This document shows, piece after piece, positions 18,511 to 28,730 of a stretch of 64,000 nucleotides of DNA; within the stretch, counting starts at the first letter, position 1; the number at the start of each line of letters is the position of its first letter. Below the pieces are notes generated by a model, which saw only the letters and a list, made by a program, of their open reading frames with translations, was not told the DNA's origin and searched no databases. Source of the stretch: Candidatus Thorarchaeota archaeon (GTDB lineage: Archaea; Asgardarchaeota; Thorarchaeia; Thorarchaeales; Thorarchaeaceae); assembly GCA_046482545.1 (NCBI GenBank), contig JAWOEX010000038.1:1-64000 (forward strand), read 5' to 3'. The position numbers and the translations under genes are program-made.

Positions 18511-19071
18511 TTGAGCAAGAAATTACTTTTCCTACGACATTCTGAGTCTGAACTGGATTTTAGCATCCCAGCGAGTCAATGGGGTCTTAGTAGGAGGGGT
18601 AGACGCCAAGCCAAGGAGCTGGCTCTATCGGGCTCATTCGATGATGTCGAGTACGTAATCACTTCAGAAGAAAAGAAGGCGCTTCAAACGGCTACACCGA
18701 TTGCAGAACGAAATTCTCTCACTATCTACGAAATGTCGGAATTCAACGAACTCAATCGGGATGTAGCGACACCAGTAACGATAGCTGAGTATGAGGCTGC
18801 CGTAAAGCGAGCGTTGGAACATCCTCATCAAAACATTCACGGTTGGGAACGGGCCTCAAAAGCACTGAAGCGCTTTACACGAGGTGTACATATTACAAAA
18901 AGCGGCGATGGCGAGAGAATCTTGGTTGTATCTCATGGGATTGTGCTTACTCTCTATTTTGGCCTATTGACCAATGAGATGGATAATCTCTACAAACGCT
19001 GGAAGAAGCTGGGTTTCGATGATTGGGGGATAGTAAAAAATGAAAAAGTAGTGAAAGACATTATTCACTAG
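18511..19071 (+). CDS. Histidine phosphatase (PGAM) family protein
   Basis: LFLRHSES, LS..GRRQA, ILVVSHG. Confidence 0.85.
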   Translation: MSKKLLFLRHSESELDFSIPASQWGLSRRGRRQAKELALSGSFDDVEYVITSEEKKALQTATPIAERNSLTIYEMSEFNELNRDVATPVTIAEYEAAVKRALEHPHQNIHGWERASKALKRFTRGVHITKSGDGERILVVSHGIVLTLYFGLLTNEMDNLYKRWKKLGFDDWGIVKNEKVVKDIIH

Positions 19072-19142
19072 GAGAGATAGACTCTACTTTTCCAAATAAT
19101 CTACGCTCAGATTGCTGGTTACTTTACGATTCTCTCCTCCGA

Positions 19143-20396
19143 CTAGGAAGAAATCTCGGCATGCGCTTTAGATGCCCTTTCGTGTTCACCTTCTTTTGCT
19201 CTTTCTTCACTCCTTGCGGCGGGCAAATAAGCCAGAATCGGAAAGAGAATTAAAGATAGAAAGAATGGTGTTAATCTATCGATATTTTCTTCTGCACCCA
19301 ACAAGAAAGCGGCTATTCCACCCAAAACTGAGAACAGACCAGAAAAGGATCTTGCACTCTCTACAACGCCTTGTGCTTCTCCACGTCTTGTGTCTTCGGA
19401 GTGGCCAGCAGCCAGCGAAACTGAAGACACAGAAATGAGTGGCCATATTGGGAAGATCCACACCATAGCTGCACTAATTGGGTGATTTAGAATGCCCAGA
19501 AGGAAGAGCCCAAGATTTCCAAAGATGCCTAGTCTCAATGCAAAAGAATCACCGATGCGATCAGTAAGCTTGCCATAACCAAAGGAACCGATAGCTCCTG
19601 CCAATCCACTAAGTGCACTGATGATACCAATCCAGAAACTCTCCTTTCCATATATCTCATACATCTTTACTTGGAAAAGTGGCAGAAACACTCCACGACC
19701 TACACTGATGAGGAGAATAGCCATTGTAACCTGAAAGAGAACTGGCTTCATATTTCGAAGACCCTCCAAGACACCTCTGCTGGGGGAAGCTTCAGTCTCG
19801 ATGTCTTCCTCTTGAAACAGGATAAGAAAAATCGCCATGGCGATGATGTGGATTGCAGCGGTGAACGTGAATGTAAGATAAAGAGGCCAGATGTCCCAAA
19901 TATAACCAATCAAAAGTCCACCCAACCCCCATCCGGCTGATGAGAATAGGAAGAATGCACCAATATTGCTTGCTCTTTGTTCCTCTTTTTGTTCCATCAG
20001 CGTAATGGCTGCATTACGAACAGGATTGTACAGGGAGGTGAACAAGGAAGCCAACATATAGGCGAAGAGAAGCATCCCTAAATGTAGAATACCTGAACCA
20101 GATGCCAGTTCAGTAAGCGGGAAAGTGATTGTGAACGCTGCCTGTCCTAGCATAGAAAGGGCAAGCAGCTTTTTCCTAGAAGCGAATATGTCACTAATGT
20201 ATCCCCAAACCCAAGAAAGTGAGATTGCTGTTATGGCAACAATGGTTCTACATAAGGAACTAGCTACAAATCCATACAGGTCGTAGACATAGAGGGGAAT
20301 GAACGTAAAGTACAATGACAGAATAAAGCCGCCCGTAATCTGCATAGGAATGAGCGCAAATCCGCTTCTAGACCGAAGAATAGATTTCTCTGTCAT
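19143..20396 (-). CDS. MFS transporter
   Basis: About 12 TM segments; motif A WGYISDIFASRK and YGKLTDRIG. Confidence 0.88.
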   Translation of the reverse strand: MTEKSILRSRSGFALIPMQITGGFILSLYFTFIPLYVYDLYGFVASSLCRTIVAITAISLSWVWGYISDIFASRKKLLALSMLGQAAFTITFPLTELASGSGILHLGMLLFAYMLASLFTSLYNPVRNAAITLMEQKEEQRASNIGAFFLFSSAGWGLGGLLIGYIWDIWPLYLTFTFTAAIHIIAMAIFLILFQEEDIETEASPSRGVLEGLRNMKPVLFQVTMAILLISVGRGVFLPLFQVKMYEIYGKESFWIGIISALSGLAGAIGSFGYGKLTDRIGDSFALRLGIFGNLGLFLLGILNHPISAAMVWIFPIWPLISVSSVSLAAGHSEDTRRGEAQGVVESARSFSGLFSVLGGIAAFLLGAEENIDRLTPFFLSLILFPILAYLPAARSEERAKEGEHERASKAHAEISS

Positions 20397-20482
20397 CTCG
20401 GACCCCCATCAGTATTGTTTGCAACCTCGTGTCGAAAGGCGGTTGACTGTTGGCGATTCTAGCTACTGACAATTCGTCTACT

Positions 20483-21619
20483 TCAGATGCTGTCAATTTC
20501 TTTAATCTTGGCGATAATTTCGGTTGGCAACTGTGGCATACCTGTTGGTTTCTGCATCAAGTGAATTGGCGTTGATGAAGCAGCTCCTTTCACCATGTGG
20601 TAGATTTGACCCATATTCTGCTCGGCCACAATTACATGCTCCACTTCTGATGCCATATTAGCGACGATTTGTTCAGGAAATGGCCATACCGTCTTCAATC
20701 TCAGCATCCCCGCCTTAATACCCTCTTCTCTGACTTCTCGGATGGCTTTTCGCCCGCTGCGTGATGGTGTTCCATACGCAACCAATGCTATCTCAGCATC
20801 GTCGAGCATGAATTTCTCAACTTCGACAATGTCATCCATGTGATCGAGAATCTTACTGTTGAGGCGGTTGATTAATCTCATCTGGACATCATCGGCATCA
20901 GTTGGGTATCCACGTTCATCGTGAGTAAGGCCAGTTGCATAGAACTGGTATTCTGAACCAAATAGTGCCATCGGAGGAATTTGATCATCATCAGGTTTGA
21001 ATGGTAGATACTCCGAAGGATCAACCGTTGGTTGCTTTCGGTCTACGATTTCTATGTCATCTTGATCTGGAATGATAAGACGTTCTCTCATGTGGCCTAC
21101 CGTTTCATCTGCTAGCACAAACACAGGAACTCTATATTTCTCAGCCAAGTTGAATGCCTTTACCGTCTCATCAAACATCTCTTGAACTGAAGCTGGGGTT
21201 AGGGCAATGATTTGATAGTCTCCATGGCTACCCCATTTTGCCTGCATGACGTCACCTTGCTGTCCCCGTGTGGGTTGCCCGGTGCTTGGTGCACCTCTCA
21301 TGATATTGACCAACACCAACGGTGTTTCAGTCATTACAGCCAGACCTATTGCTTCTAGCATGAGACTGACACCTGGTCCAGAGGTTGCAGTCATAGACTT
21401 TGTGCCCGTCCAAGAAGCTCCTATTACGCTCGTAATTGATGCAATCTCATCTTCGTACTGCACATATGAGCCACCAACTTCTGGCATTCGTTGCGACATG
21501 CGTTCTGCTATTTCTGTGGCCGGTGTAATCGGATAACCACCGAAATACCTGCAACCCGCATGTAGCGCTCCTTCTGCGCATGCGATGTCGCCCATGGTAA
21601 ACATTGTCTGTTCAGGCAA
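20483..21619 (-). CDS. korA: 2-oxoacid:ferredoxin oxidoreductase alpha subunit
   Basis: GYPITPATE, EDEIAS, TATSGPG, RGAPSTGQPT, EQNMGQ. Confidence 0.92.
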   Translation of the reverse strand: MPEQTMFTMGDIACAEGALHAGCRYFGGYPITPATEIAERMSQRMPEVGGSYVQYEDEIASITSVIGASWTGTKSMTATSGPGVSLMLEAIGLAVMTETPLVLVNIMRGAPSTGQPTRGQQGDVMQAKWGSHGDYQIIALTPASVQEMFDETVKAFNLAEKYRVPVFVLADETVGHMRERLIIPDQDDIEIVDRKQPTVDPSEYLPFKPDDDQIPPMALFGSEYQFYATGLTHDERGYPTDADDVQMRLINRLNSKILDHMDDIVEVEKFMLDDAEIALVAYGTPSRSGRKAIREVREEGIKAGMLRLKTVWPFPEQIVANMASEVEHVIVAEQNMGQIYHMVKGAASSTPIHLMQKPTGMPQLPTEIIAKIKEIDSI

Positions 21620-21622
21620 TGA

Positions 21623-21961
21623 CTAGTCCTCCTCTTCCTGTTCGAATTCAGGAATCAGTGTCCCCTTCTCCAAATTCCCTTTTTCGTAGGCTTTTCGCGC
21701 TTTGTCTCTTTCTGTTAAGAAAATTGCCATATCCGGACAAATCCTTTCACAGAACTCGCAATTCACGCATGCGTCGATATCACAAGCTGTGACGGGATGA
21801 TATCCTTTCTCATTGTACTTGCTTTCATCAATGCATAGCACATTTTTTGGGCAGAACTCAGTGCATAACTCACATTGTTTACACTGTTCCTGCAAAATAA
21901 CCAGTACTTCTTCCCTCACGCGGGGTGGTTTTGGAGTGATTGGCTCTCGAGTACTAGACAC
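21623..21961 (-). CDS. korD: 2[4Fe-4S] ferredoxin (oxidoreductase delta subunit)
   Basis: CKQCELCTEFCP and CVNCEFCERICP; immediately upstream of korA. Confidence 0.85.
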   Translation of the reverse strand: MSSTREPITPKPPRVREEVLVILQEQCKQCELCTEFCPKNVLCIDESKYNEKGYHPVTACDIDACVNCEFCERICPDMAIFLTERDKARKAYEKGNLEKGTLIPEFEQEEED

Positions 21962-22192
21962 GGCTTCTTTCTCCTTGGTCGCTCCGATAAACTCAATGAG
22001 AGGTTTTGGTGTACACCAAAGCTCTACCAGGTCGGCCTGATTCTATCGCTGAAGACGGAGTATTTGAGAATATTGGTACCCTCACAACCTTCCTTCTTAC
22101 ATTCAAATAGATGGTTGTCTTTTTCATCGCCATAGTAGTTAAGAGGTGTGGGTGTGGAGATATGACTGTACCCCTTGTTGGAGCGATAGCAC

Positions 22193-22657
22193 TTGCCTGA
22201 GAAAATACCGCCACAGGATGAATTAGAACAATCTATCAAAGGAAAAACGCTCCGTGTATACTGGTATATGCTTCGCCATCCTGAACCGATGACAGCTCGA
22301 GAGATACAACATGGGACCGATCTTTCGAGTCCATCATTGTCCATGCATCATTTGGAAAAAATGAAGGACATAGGACTCGTCAACAAAGACCGGCACGGGC
22401 GGTATACTGTTAGGAGAGATATCCGCGTGGGCATGCTGAAGCAGTTTATCGGCAGAGGGCGTTTGATGGTACCAAGATATCTTTTCTATGCTACATTTTA
22501 CTCTTCGCTCACTGCAGCACTTGCTACATTACTATGGTATTTTATTGACTGGTATTCTGTCTTGCTTCTGTTTCTTATGGCATCGGTCTGTGCTGTCCTG
22601 TGGTATGAAGCATTCCGAATATGGAGAAATGTCCCGTTCCCGGAGGAGGAAGAATGA
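22193..22657 (+). CDS. Winged-helix transcriptional regulator with two C-terminal TM helices
   Basis: GKTLRVYWYML...REIQ...LSSPSLSMHHLEKM..GLV; hydrophobic C-terminus. Confidence 0.8.
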   Translation: MPEKIPPQDELEQSIKGKTLRVYWYMLRHPEPMTAREIQHGTDLSSPSLSMHHLEKMKDIGLVNKDRHGRYTVRRDIRVGMLKQFIGRGRLMVPRYLFYATFYSSLTAALATLLWYFIDWYSVLLLFLMASVCAVLWYEAFRIWRNVPFPEEEE

Positions 22658-23664
22658 AATTGAAAAAGTATACCCGCCATAATTTCGTGCAAAAACAGTA
22701 TTCCGAACACCAAACCCAGATTGCTGATTCTGTTTGGCTGTGGTCGAAAGCGGGAAGACGAAAAGGAGCAGTCTTACTCCCATTGCTTTTCATGCTCTTT
22801 GCACTTCCTTTGATTTCAACTGCAGGCTTTTGGAAGTTATCTTCACTTAGTGAAGGTTCAACTGTTACAGTATCGGCAGAACCTCCTGAGCTAAATCTGA
22901 CATACTACTCATTGTGGAACGAATCCAAGACACCAGTTAAACTGGGAGGCGACACACTTATTGGCGATCACATAATCCTAAATGCTACGTGGACGCCTGA
23001 CACTACTATTGAGAAAACAGCGCTGGATGTTCGTGCTCCGGCTATACCGGCGAATATCACAAATGTAAGTACTTCCAGTAGCATAGAAATAAACACTCGA
23101 AAGCTAGGCAACAATGCTACCTGTATTATTAATGCAACCGCTTGGTGGGGCGATGGTTACGTTACCTATAAGCTCTTTCACGAGATCTTCATTGGCAATT
23201 TCTTCGTCCCTCATTTGGAGCTGCAAGATCCCAATGGCGGCGAGGTCTGGACTGGGGTAAACAATGTGACTTGGACCGCGGAGGACAACAATATAGAAGA
23301 GAATCTTACGTTCGAAGTGCTTCTGTCAGCAGATGCTGGTGCTAGTTATCAATTGCTTCGTGCAGATTTGAACAGAACTTGGTTCGAGTGGAACTGTACT
23401 GGCTTTCTCAATCTGACGACTTACAAGATTCAGGTGAGAGCAACAGATGGAATCTACATAGTATCTGATGAATCTGACAACACTTTCACTGCCGGAGACA
23501 TATATGCATCTCCCACTACCACAACTACAATAACTGGAACAACCACTACGACTACTCGACCAACTACATTGTCGCCGGAGATAGGGCTGATAATCTCCGT
23601 AACCATAGTAGCTAGTGCGTTCCTTGCTGTGGGAGTCTACTACGTTGCCAAAACAAGGCTTTAA
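22654..23664 (+). CDS. Cell-surface glycoprotein with an Ig-like domain, Thr-rich stalk and C-terminal TM anchor
   Basis: PNGGEVW, many NxT/S sequons, TTTTTITGTTTTTT, terminal TM. ATGA overlap with the upstream regulator. Confidence 0.75.
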   Translation: MKLKKYTRHNFVQKQYSEHQTQIADSVWLWSKAGRRKGAVLLPLLFMLFALPLISTAGFWKLSSLSEGSTVTVSAEPPELNLTYYSLWNESKTPVKLGGDTLIGDHIILNATWTPDTTIEKTALDVRAPAIPANITNVSTSSSIEINTRKLGNNATCIINATAWWGDGYVTYKLFHEIFIGNFFVPHLELQDPNGGEVWTGVNNVTWTAEDNNIEENLTFEVLLSADAGASYQLLRADLNRTWFEWNCTGFLNLTTYKIQVRATDGIYIVSDESDNTFTAGDIYASPTTTTTITGTTTTTTRPTTLSPEIGLIISVTIVASAFLAVGVYYVAKTRL

Positions 23665-23991
23665 CATTCAACCAAGTATTTTATTCATAAACGGCTGCGT
23701 ATTGAGGCGTGTTTAGTAAGCCCAAGCTCTTTGGGCTCTAAACCATGACTAAACCAAGAAGTTCTGTGTAGTATGGGACTGGGAGCTCGCATTTCTTCTC
23801 TCCCAGCTCCTTATTCGATTGGCCCTGCATCGATATCTTCTTGCATGAAGCCTACATCAACCCTCTTAGAGCACATCGTATAACGATTTATGTCTGCCAT
23901 CAGATGGCCTCTGAACTCTCATGTTGCGGTATGGAGTCTCTGCTCGATTGTTATGAGCGTTCAGAAGCAGAAAAGCACAGATTCAGCTTCT

Positions 23992-24189
23992 CTATTGATA
24001 GTCGTAGTCTGTTAGTGACAACAAGCCCTTGTTGCCTATCCTAGCATTTGTGAGCCCTTCATCTTCAGCTATCCTCTTTGCGTCCTCTGCATGTTCTCTA
24101 CTTGTTCTGGGCAAATCAGACATTGCATGGTGGGGTTGAAATCCGAGCAGAGCAGTTGGGATTGATGGATTGCACTCAGCTACGAATCC
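23992..24189 (-). pseudogene. 3' fragment of a radical SAM (PFL-activating-enzyme-like) gene
   Basis: Frame reads GFVAECNPSIPTALLGFQPHHAMSDLPRTSREHAEDAKRIAEDEGLTNARIGNKGLL. The 5' part is missing, and the break is next to an IS end motif. Confidence 0.65.
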
Positions 24190-24232
24190 AGAATATGAAA
24201 ATCTTACAGAATCCTAAATAAATCGGCACATA

Positions 24233-24751
24233 GAAGTGCAAAATATCTGTAAGATTTCCTGTATGCCTTCTTATGACCAAGGGCGAGGGGAGTTTATTAG
24301 GCCTAGTAAGAAATCCGAGTCTAGTAGGACTAGGGCGGTGGGCCACTCCCAGCGGGGTACGAGCCCAGCCCCGAAGGCTGTGAGGAAGACCCCGTCTTCT
24401 AAGCAGAAGTCCTCACTCTCCCGTAACGGTCCTCCATCAGGCCGGGGGGAGTCCGCGGCTGTTCGCTGTGTCCAACTGGACCTGTCCAGCTTTGGTGACG
24501 AAGCCGGGCAGAGCGATAATAACCCCGCCGTGGCAAGGACTGTGGAAGACCTCACTGTCGCCGGAGTGATGACCCGAAGCACGACAGGAGACAGAAAACA
24601 GGACCGTGGGAGGAATCTTATTCCACTGAACGCGGACGAAGCCCCTGCTAACCTGAGGGCCTACGGTTACCTTGGGGGCGGTAACGCTAGCAGGGGAAGA
24701 GTGGAACACAGAAGTTTCATGCAGTTGCTACAACTGTAAGAAACAGGTTAT
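24233..24751 (+). mobile_element. Internally deleted IS200/IS605- or IS607-like element (copy 2): left end, degenerate tnpB-like 3' tail and structured right-end RNA
   Basis: GC-rich island with left motif GAAGTG-N10-GTAAGATTTC. The last 166 nt are homologous to 2148-2313. UACG and GUAA tetraloops. No transposase or RuvC ORF. Confidence 0.7.
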
Positions 24752-24793
24752 ACAGAAATGGATGTATTAGTACTAAGCTTCACGTGATAAAAA

Positions 24794-25222
24794 TCAGCTG
24801 GAAACTTTTTCCATCACTACATTCTTGACACCATCAAGCTGTTCAAGTGTTGCTCGGAAAGCGTCCATTTCTTCAGAAAGTTGGGTTGGCGAGAAATAGC
24901 ATTCATAGAAACAGCGCGTACCACGAAGGCAAACACCAGTCGAGAATAACAAATCAACCAATCCGGCCTTCTTGAAAACATGAGATAGCTCAGTGAGAAA
25001 GTCATTTGTAAGCTTCCCAATCTCTAGGCTTAGATACGTAACTTCATCAGTATCAATCGGAAAGATCTTCACGATGCGGTCCTTGTGAACTAACACCATA
25101 AGACCCCTATCAGTAGAGATAGCCTCTTTGAATGAATTCGGGAAAGTGACCTTCTCTGAATTGTCAAAAACTAGCACGCGTCCAGCGGTTGCACCTTCGT
25201 AATCTTCTTCTTCTTCTGCCAT
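24794..25222 (-). CDS. Hypothetical protein with an ACT-like C-terminal fold
   Basis: ORF ending LEQLDGVKNVVMEKV. Confidence 0.65.
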   Translation of the reverse strand: MAEEEEDYEGATAGRVLVFDNSEKVTFPNSFKEAISTDRGLMVLVHKDRIVKIFPIDTDEVTYLSLEIGKLTNDFLTELSHVFKKAGLVDLLFSTGVCLRGTRCFYECYFSPTQLSEEMDAFRATLEQLDGVKNVVMEKVSS

Positions 25223-25374
25223 GATTTGCTCATCCCCTAGCGTGGAAGAGTACCAAGCGAGCTCCTGTTTTTGTACCCCCACCCAAATATAAATGAAGCT
25301 CTACTGTTTAGGGTTCGCTTCCAAAAGCGATTGAAACCAATAGAGTCTTTTTTGTGTACTTTATTGAGTGGCAT

Positions 25375-25785
25375 ATGCAGGAACTATTCGAATTCGAGGC
25401 AGACATTCGGGAAATTAAACGGGTACTCAAAGAAGTATACTATACAGCATGCGAATCTGAAACCAAGGTGAAGACAAGAGAGCTGGTAGCAATGGTCATA
25501 GAACTTCAGGAGAAAGCAAAAACTCTGCAGGAACTGTATAACATTAGTAGAAATGCTCGTCATATCCTGAAGGACTACAAGGCTAAAGCTTTTCTCAAAA
25601 AGAGCGGCAGAGCCCTGTCAAGAAGAAGCGAAAGCTACAGGGATAAACATCGCGAGATTTCACCATCACATCTTGCGAAATATCGAGCCAATCTTGAAGA
25701 GCATGTAGAGAACGTATCAGATGAAATTGGGGAGTGGATTAGGAGCATAAGAAACCTTGATGAAACTCCCAGTCCACCGAGATAG
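25375..25785 (+). CDS. Hypothetical helical protein
   Basis: Charged helical ORF. Confidence 0.6.
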   Translation: MQELFEFEADIREIKRVLKEVYYTACESETKVKTRELVAMVIELQEKAKTLQELYNISRNARHILKDYKAKAFLKKSGRALSRRSESYRDKHREISPSHLAKYRANLEEHVENVSDEIGEWIRSIRNLDETPSPPR

Positions 25786-25795
25786 CTACATCACA

Positions 25796-26884
25796 CTACC
25801 AACGCAATCTCGCAGCCACACCACCAAACGATTCCAATTGTGCGCCGGCTTCACTCTCTGGTGAAAAAATCATTAGTTCAGTTCCGTAATCTTCAACCTC
25901 ATCCACGACGTCGTCAATCAGATCCGTTTTCTCCTCCAAAACCATCATTGTTTCCACGCGGCCGTTCCGCAAAGCACGTAGAACCTCCTCCTTACCGTAT
26001 GTTGCGGTCGGACGGCTTTTCATTAAGTCCTCCATGAAGCTATCCCAAGCCTTGCGTGCAGCATAGATTTCAGTCTCGTGGAGCACCCTTGAAGCTTCTT
26101 TCACGGCTTGTTGTAGGCCGGTTTCATCAATCAAGCCAACCGAGATAATGTTGTCAACAATCTTCTCTCTGAGTCGATAATCGAGATCTGATTTCTCCAG
26201 AAACTCCTGCGCACGGATGGTATTGCCACCGACGATTATGGCATCAACACTATCAAGCTCATTAAGCAGCATGTCATTGAGAAGATTACCCACATGTTTG
26301 TAAAACTCCATCATTTTTTCGTCTCTTATGCGCTGATACCGCTTGGCACTCTGACCACCTGCTCGCGTCTTGCCGATGATGTAGTAGTCTTCTTCCCTGA
26401 CCAGCTCAATATGATTGCCTCGTAGATAGCCCACCACAACTTGGCCACCTTCAATCAGAACAATAACAACCAAGCTCTTTGGCTTCGTTAGTTCCTCAAG
26501 CTCATCCAAGACAAACTCCCGTCCACAGATATAGTCGAATTTGGAAATGGGTGAAGGTGGAACGACTATCTCCCGGATTTCTTTTTCGGTACCGCCTTCT
26601 CTCTTTATTCCGAAGAAGAAAGCCATACCATTCTCAGGGATTTCACCTATAACCGATAGCTCATTCAGGATAGCTGTAAGATTATCGATTACCCGCTTTC
26701 TGTTAGTTTTGCTCTTTATGTTCTCTGCTCCTGCAAGCTCCGACTTAACGAAATTTATGACATCGACTAGGCTCTTCTCAGGTGGAATATACAAAGTTGT
26801 GAAGGAGCTATGCCTGCCCTTCAGTTCTTTCAACTGCTCAACCTTGCGTTTGAGCTTTATTCTCTTAGGGTCCATCGTAAGCAA
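25796..26884 (-). CDS. prf1: Peptide chain release factor aRF1
   Basis: NIKS, YICG, GGQS, FGGVAARLRW. Confidence 0.93.
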   Translation of the reverse strand: MLTMDPKRIKLKRKVEQLKELKGRHSSFTTLYIPPEKSLVDVINFVKSELAGAENIKSKTNRKRVIDNLTAILNELSVIGEIPENGMAFFFGIKREGGTEKEIREIVVPPSPISKFDYICGREFVLDELEELTKPKSLVVIVLIEGGQVVVGYLRGNHIELVREEDYYIIGKTRAGGQSAKRYQRIRDEKMMEFYKHVGNLLNDMLLNELDSVDAIIVGGNTIRAQEFLEKSDLDYRLREKIVDNIISVGLIDETGLQQAVKEASRVLHETEIYAARKAWDSFMEDLMKSRPTATYGKEEVLRALRNGRVETMMVLEEKTDLIDDVVDEVEDYGTELMIFSPESEAGAQLESFGGVAARLRW

Positions 26885-27184
26885 ACACCTGCCATAGTTC
26901 CGAATGCTCAGCAGAGACTATACAGAAACAAAAGCCGTAAACGACTCTTGAATGTCGAGCCTTCGGAGGATATTTGAAGTTTACGACGTGTTAGTCACAA
27001 GCAATTCAACAAGAAAAACCTGCGCAGTAGTATATTCGAAGAACTGCGATACCTCTGACGACAGGTTAAAAAGGAAGAGCCGCTCTGAATTCTCAATACA
27101 GGTGAAGGCGGATGTGGCCACACCAATTTACGGGTCGCTAGGAAGTACTTTATTCTCAGCATACATGCTGTTCTCCGACTCTCA

Positions 27185-28723
27185 ATGCCTTCACCTAAAA
27201 TGGAGTCTTGGAAACAAATGAAACCACAGCTTACCGAAGGAGAGCTTGAGGTGCTAAAGCAGCTCCTCAACCGAAAAGGTCCCACGTCTGTTAAGGAATT
27301 GAAGAATGAGATGGGTGACGAAGAGCAAAGAATAGTTTCATTACTCAGCTCACTATCTGAGAGAGGTCTTGTAGATTTCGATGTTGTTGAGGAAACCGAG
27401 TATACTCTCACAGACGAAGGGAAGCGGTATCAGGATTTCGAATTGCCGGAAGTTAGGCTCGTCACAGTAGTGAATGAGCTAGGGGGAAAAGCCCCCTTTG
27501 ATGATGCAACCGATAAAGCAGAACTGAAAGGACGCACTAAAGGAATCGCCATAAGTTGGGCCAAAAGGAACGGATGGCTTGAAATTACCAAAGAGAAAGG
27601 GAAGAATTACTTTATTTCACTTGAAGAGAATCCACAAAGCCCTCTCAGTACAATTCTCGAGAAGGTAGCAGCTGACGAAGAAATTTCAAAAAATCATCAG
27701 GATATCCTGCAACAAGCTGTTCAGAGAACTCTTGTGGAAGAACACATCACAAAGGGGTTCATTGGAGAGGTTCCTAAAAACAAAAGGAAACAAGCTTCAA
27801 AAGCGGTTTCCTCACGAGCGGTGGGTATATCACTGCTAACACCGAAAATGCTTGCAGAAGGGTCTTGGAGAGACAGATCCTTCAAACCATTCAATATTGA
27901 AACAGAGCCCGCCTTCGTAAGCTACGGAAAGAAACATCCTTATCGCGAATTCAATGACTGGCTTAGAGAGATATTTTTAGGTCTCGGTTTCACCGAATGG
28001 TTTGGTCCCTACGTTGAAACCGAATTCTGGAACAACGATGCCCTATTCGTTCCTCAGGATCATGTAGCCAGGGAAGTGCAAGATCAGTTCAGAATTACAG
28101 AACCGTATGACCATGGTGATATCGTTGATGAAGAGTACTTCCAAGCAGTCAAATCTGTGCATGAAGGCGGGGGCATGACTGGTTCTAAAGGGTGGGATTC
28201 ACCCTTCAGCCGGGAAGTCTCCACAAGACTCTGTTTGCGATCCCATACAACACCAGTTTCAATGCGTTATCTTTGGGAAAACAGAGAGTCACCCCAAAAG
28301 ATGTTCATCGTGGACCGGAACTTCCGAGCAGAGAAATTGAGTGCAAGGCATGCCCAAGAATTCAATCAATGTGATGGCATAATCATGGATAAAGGGTTGA
28401 CACTTCGTGATCTTATGGGCTTCATCGAAGAAATCTGTAAGCGTGTTGGTATTGAAAAAGTGAAATTCAAACCTGGCCAGTTTCCATTCACAGAGCCAAG
28501 CATAGAGGGTTTTGCCAAGCATGAAGAGCTTGGGTGGATTGAAGTTGCACCGGGCGGGGTATTCCGGCCTGAGGTTACTAGACCATTGGGCATAGAGGAT
28601 CCTGTTCTTGCTTGGGGCATCGGTTCAGGGAGACTCTATATGGCAGCGATGGGAATCTCGGATATCCGTCAGCTCTATTCCAGAGACCTAGAATGGTTGA
28701 GAAGAAACGTATATGTGAGGTAG
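27185..28723 (+). CDS. pheS: Phenylalanyl-tRNA synthetase alpha subunit
   Basis: N-terminal wHTH domains; FWNNDALFVPQDH, RSHTT, FPFTEPS, AWGIG. Confidence 0.96.
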   Translation: MPSPKMESWKQMKPQLTEGELEVLKQLLNRKGPTSVKELKNEMGDEEQRIVSLLSSLSERGLVDFDVVEETEYTLTDEGKRYQDFELPEVRLVTVVNELGGKAPFDDATDKAELKGRTKGIAISWAKRNGWLEITKEKGKNYFISLEENPQSPLSTILEKVAADEEISKNHQDILQQAVQRTLVEEHITKGFIGEVPKNKRKQASKAVSSRAVGISLLTPKMLAEGSWRDRSFKPFNIETEPAFVSYGKKHPYREFNDWLREIFLGLGFTEWFGPYVETEFWNNDALFVPQDHVAREVQDQFRITEPYDHGDIVDEEYFQAVKSVHEGGGMTGSKGWDSPFSREVSTRLCLRSHTTPVSMRYLWENRESPQKMFIVDRNFRAEKLSARHAQEFNQCDGIIMDKGLTLRDLMGFIEEICKRVGIEKVKFKPGQFPFTEPSIEGFAKHEELGWIEVAPGGVFRPEVTRPLGIEDPVLAWGIGSGRLYMAAMGISDIRQLYSRDLEWLRRNVYVR

Positions 28724-28730
28724 GAAACTG

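Noticed and set aside
21993-22344. Small minus-strand ORFs upstream of korD
   Set aside because: They overlap the divergent regulator and promoter region and have no recognisable motifs.
24236-24739. The 167-aa ORF (and 2160-2411) as functional proteins
   Set aside because: They overlie the structured repeat. Substitutions between copies conserve base pairs rather than amino acids.
24586-24751. The repeat as a group II intron 3' end or a CRISPR repeat
   Set aside because: There is no recognisable domain V catalytic triad, no RT gene and no repeat-spacer periodicity. No CRISPR array was seen in the window.
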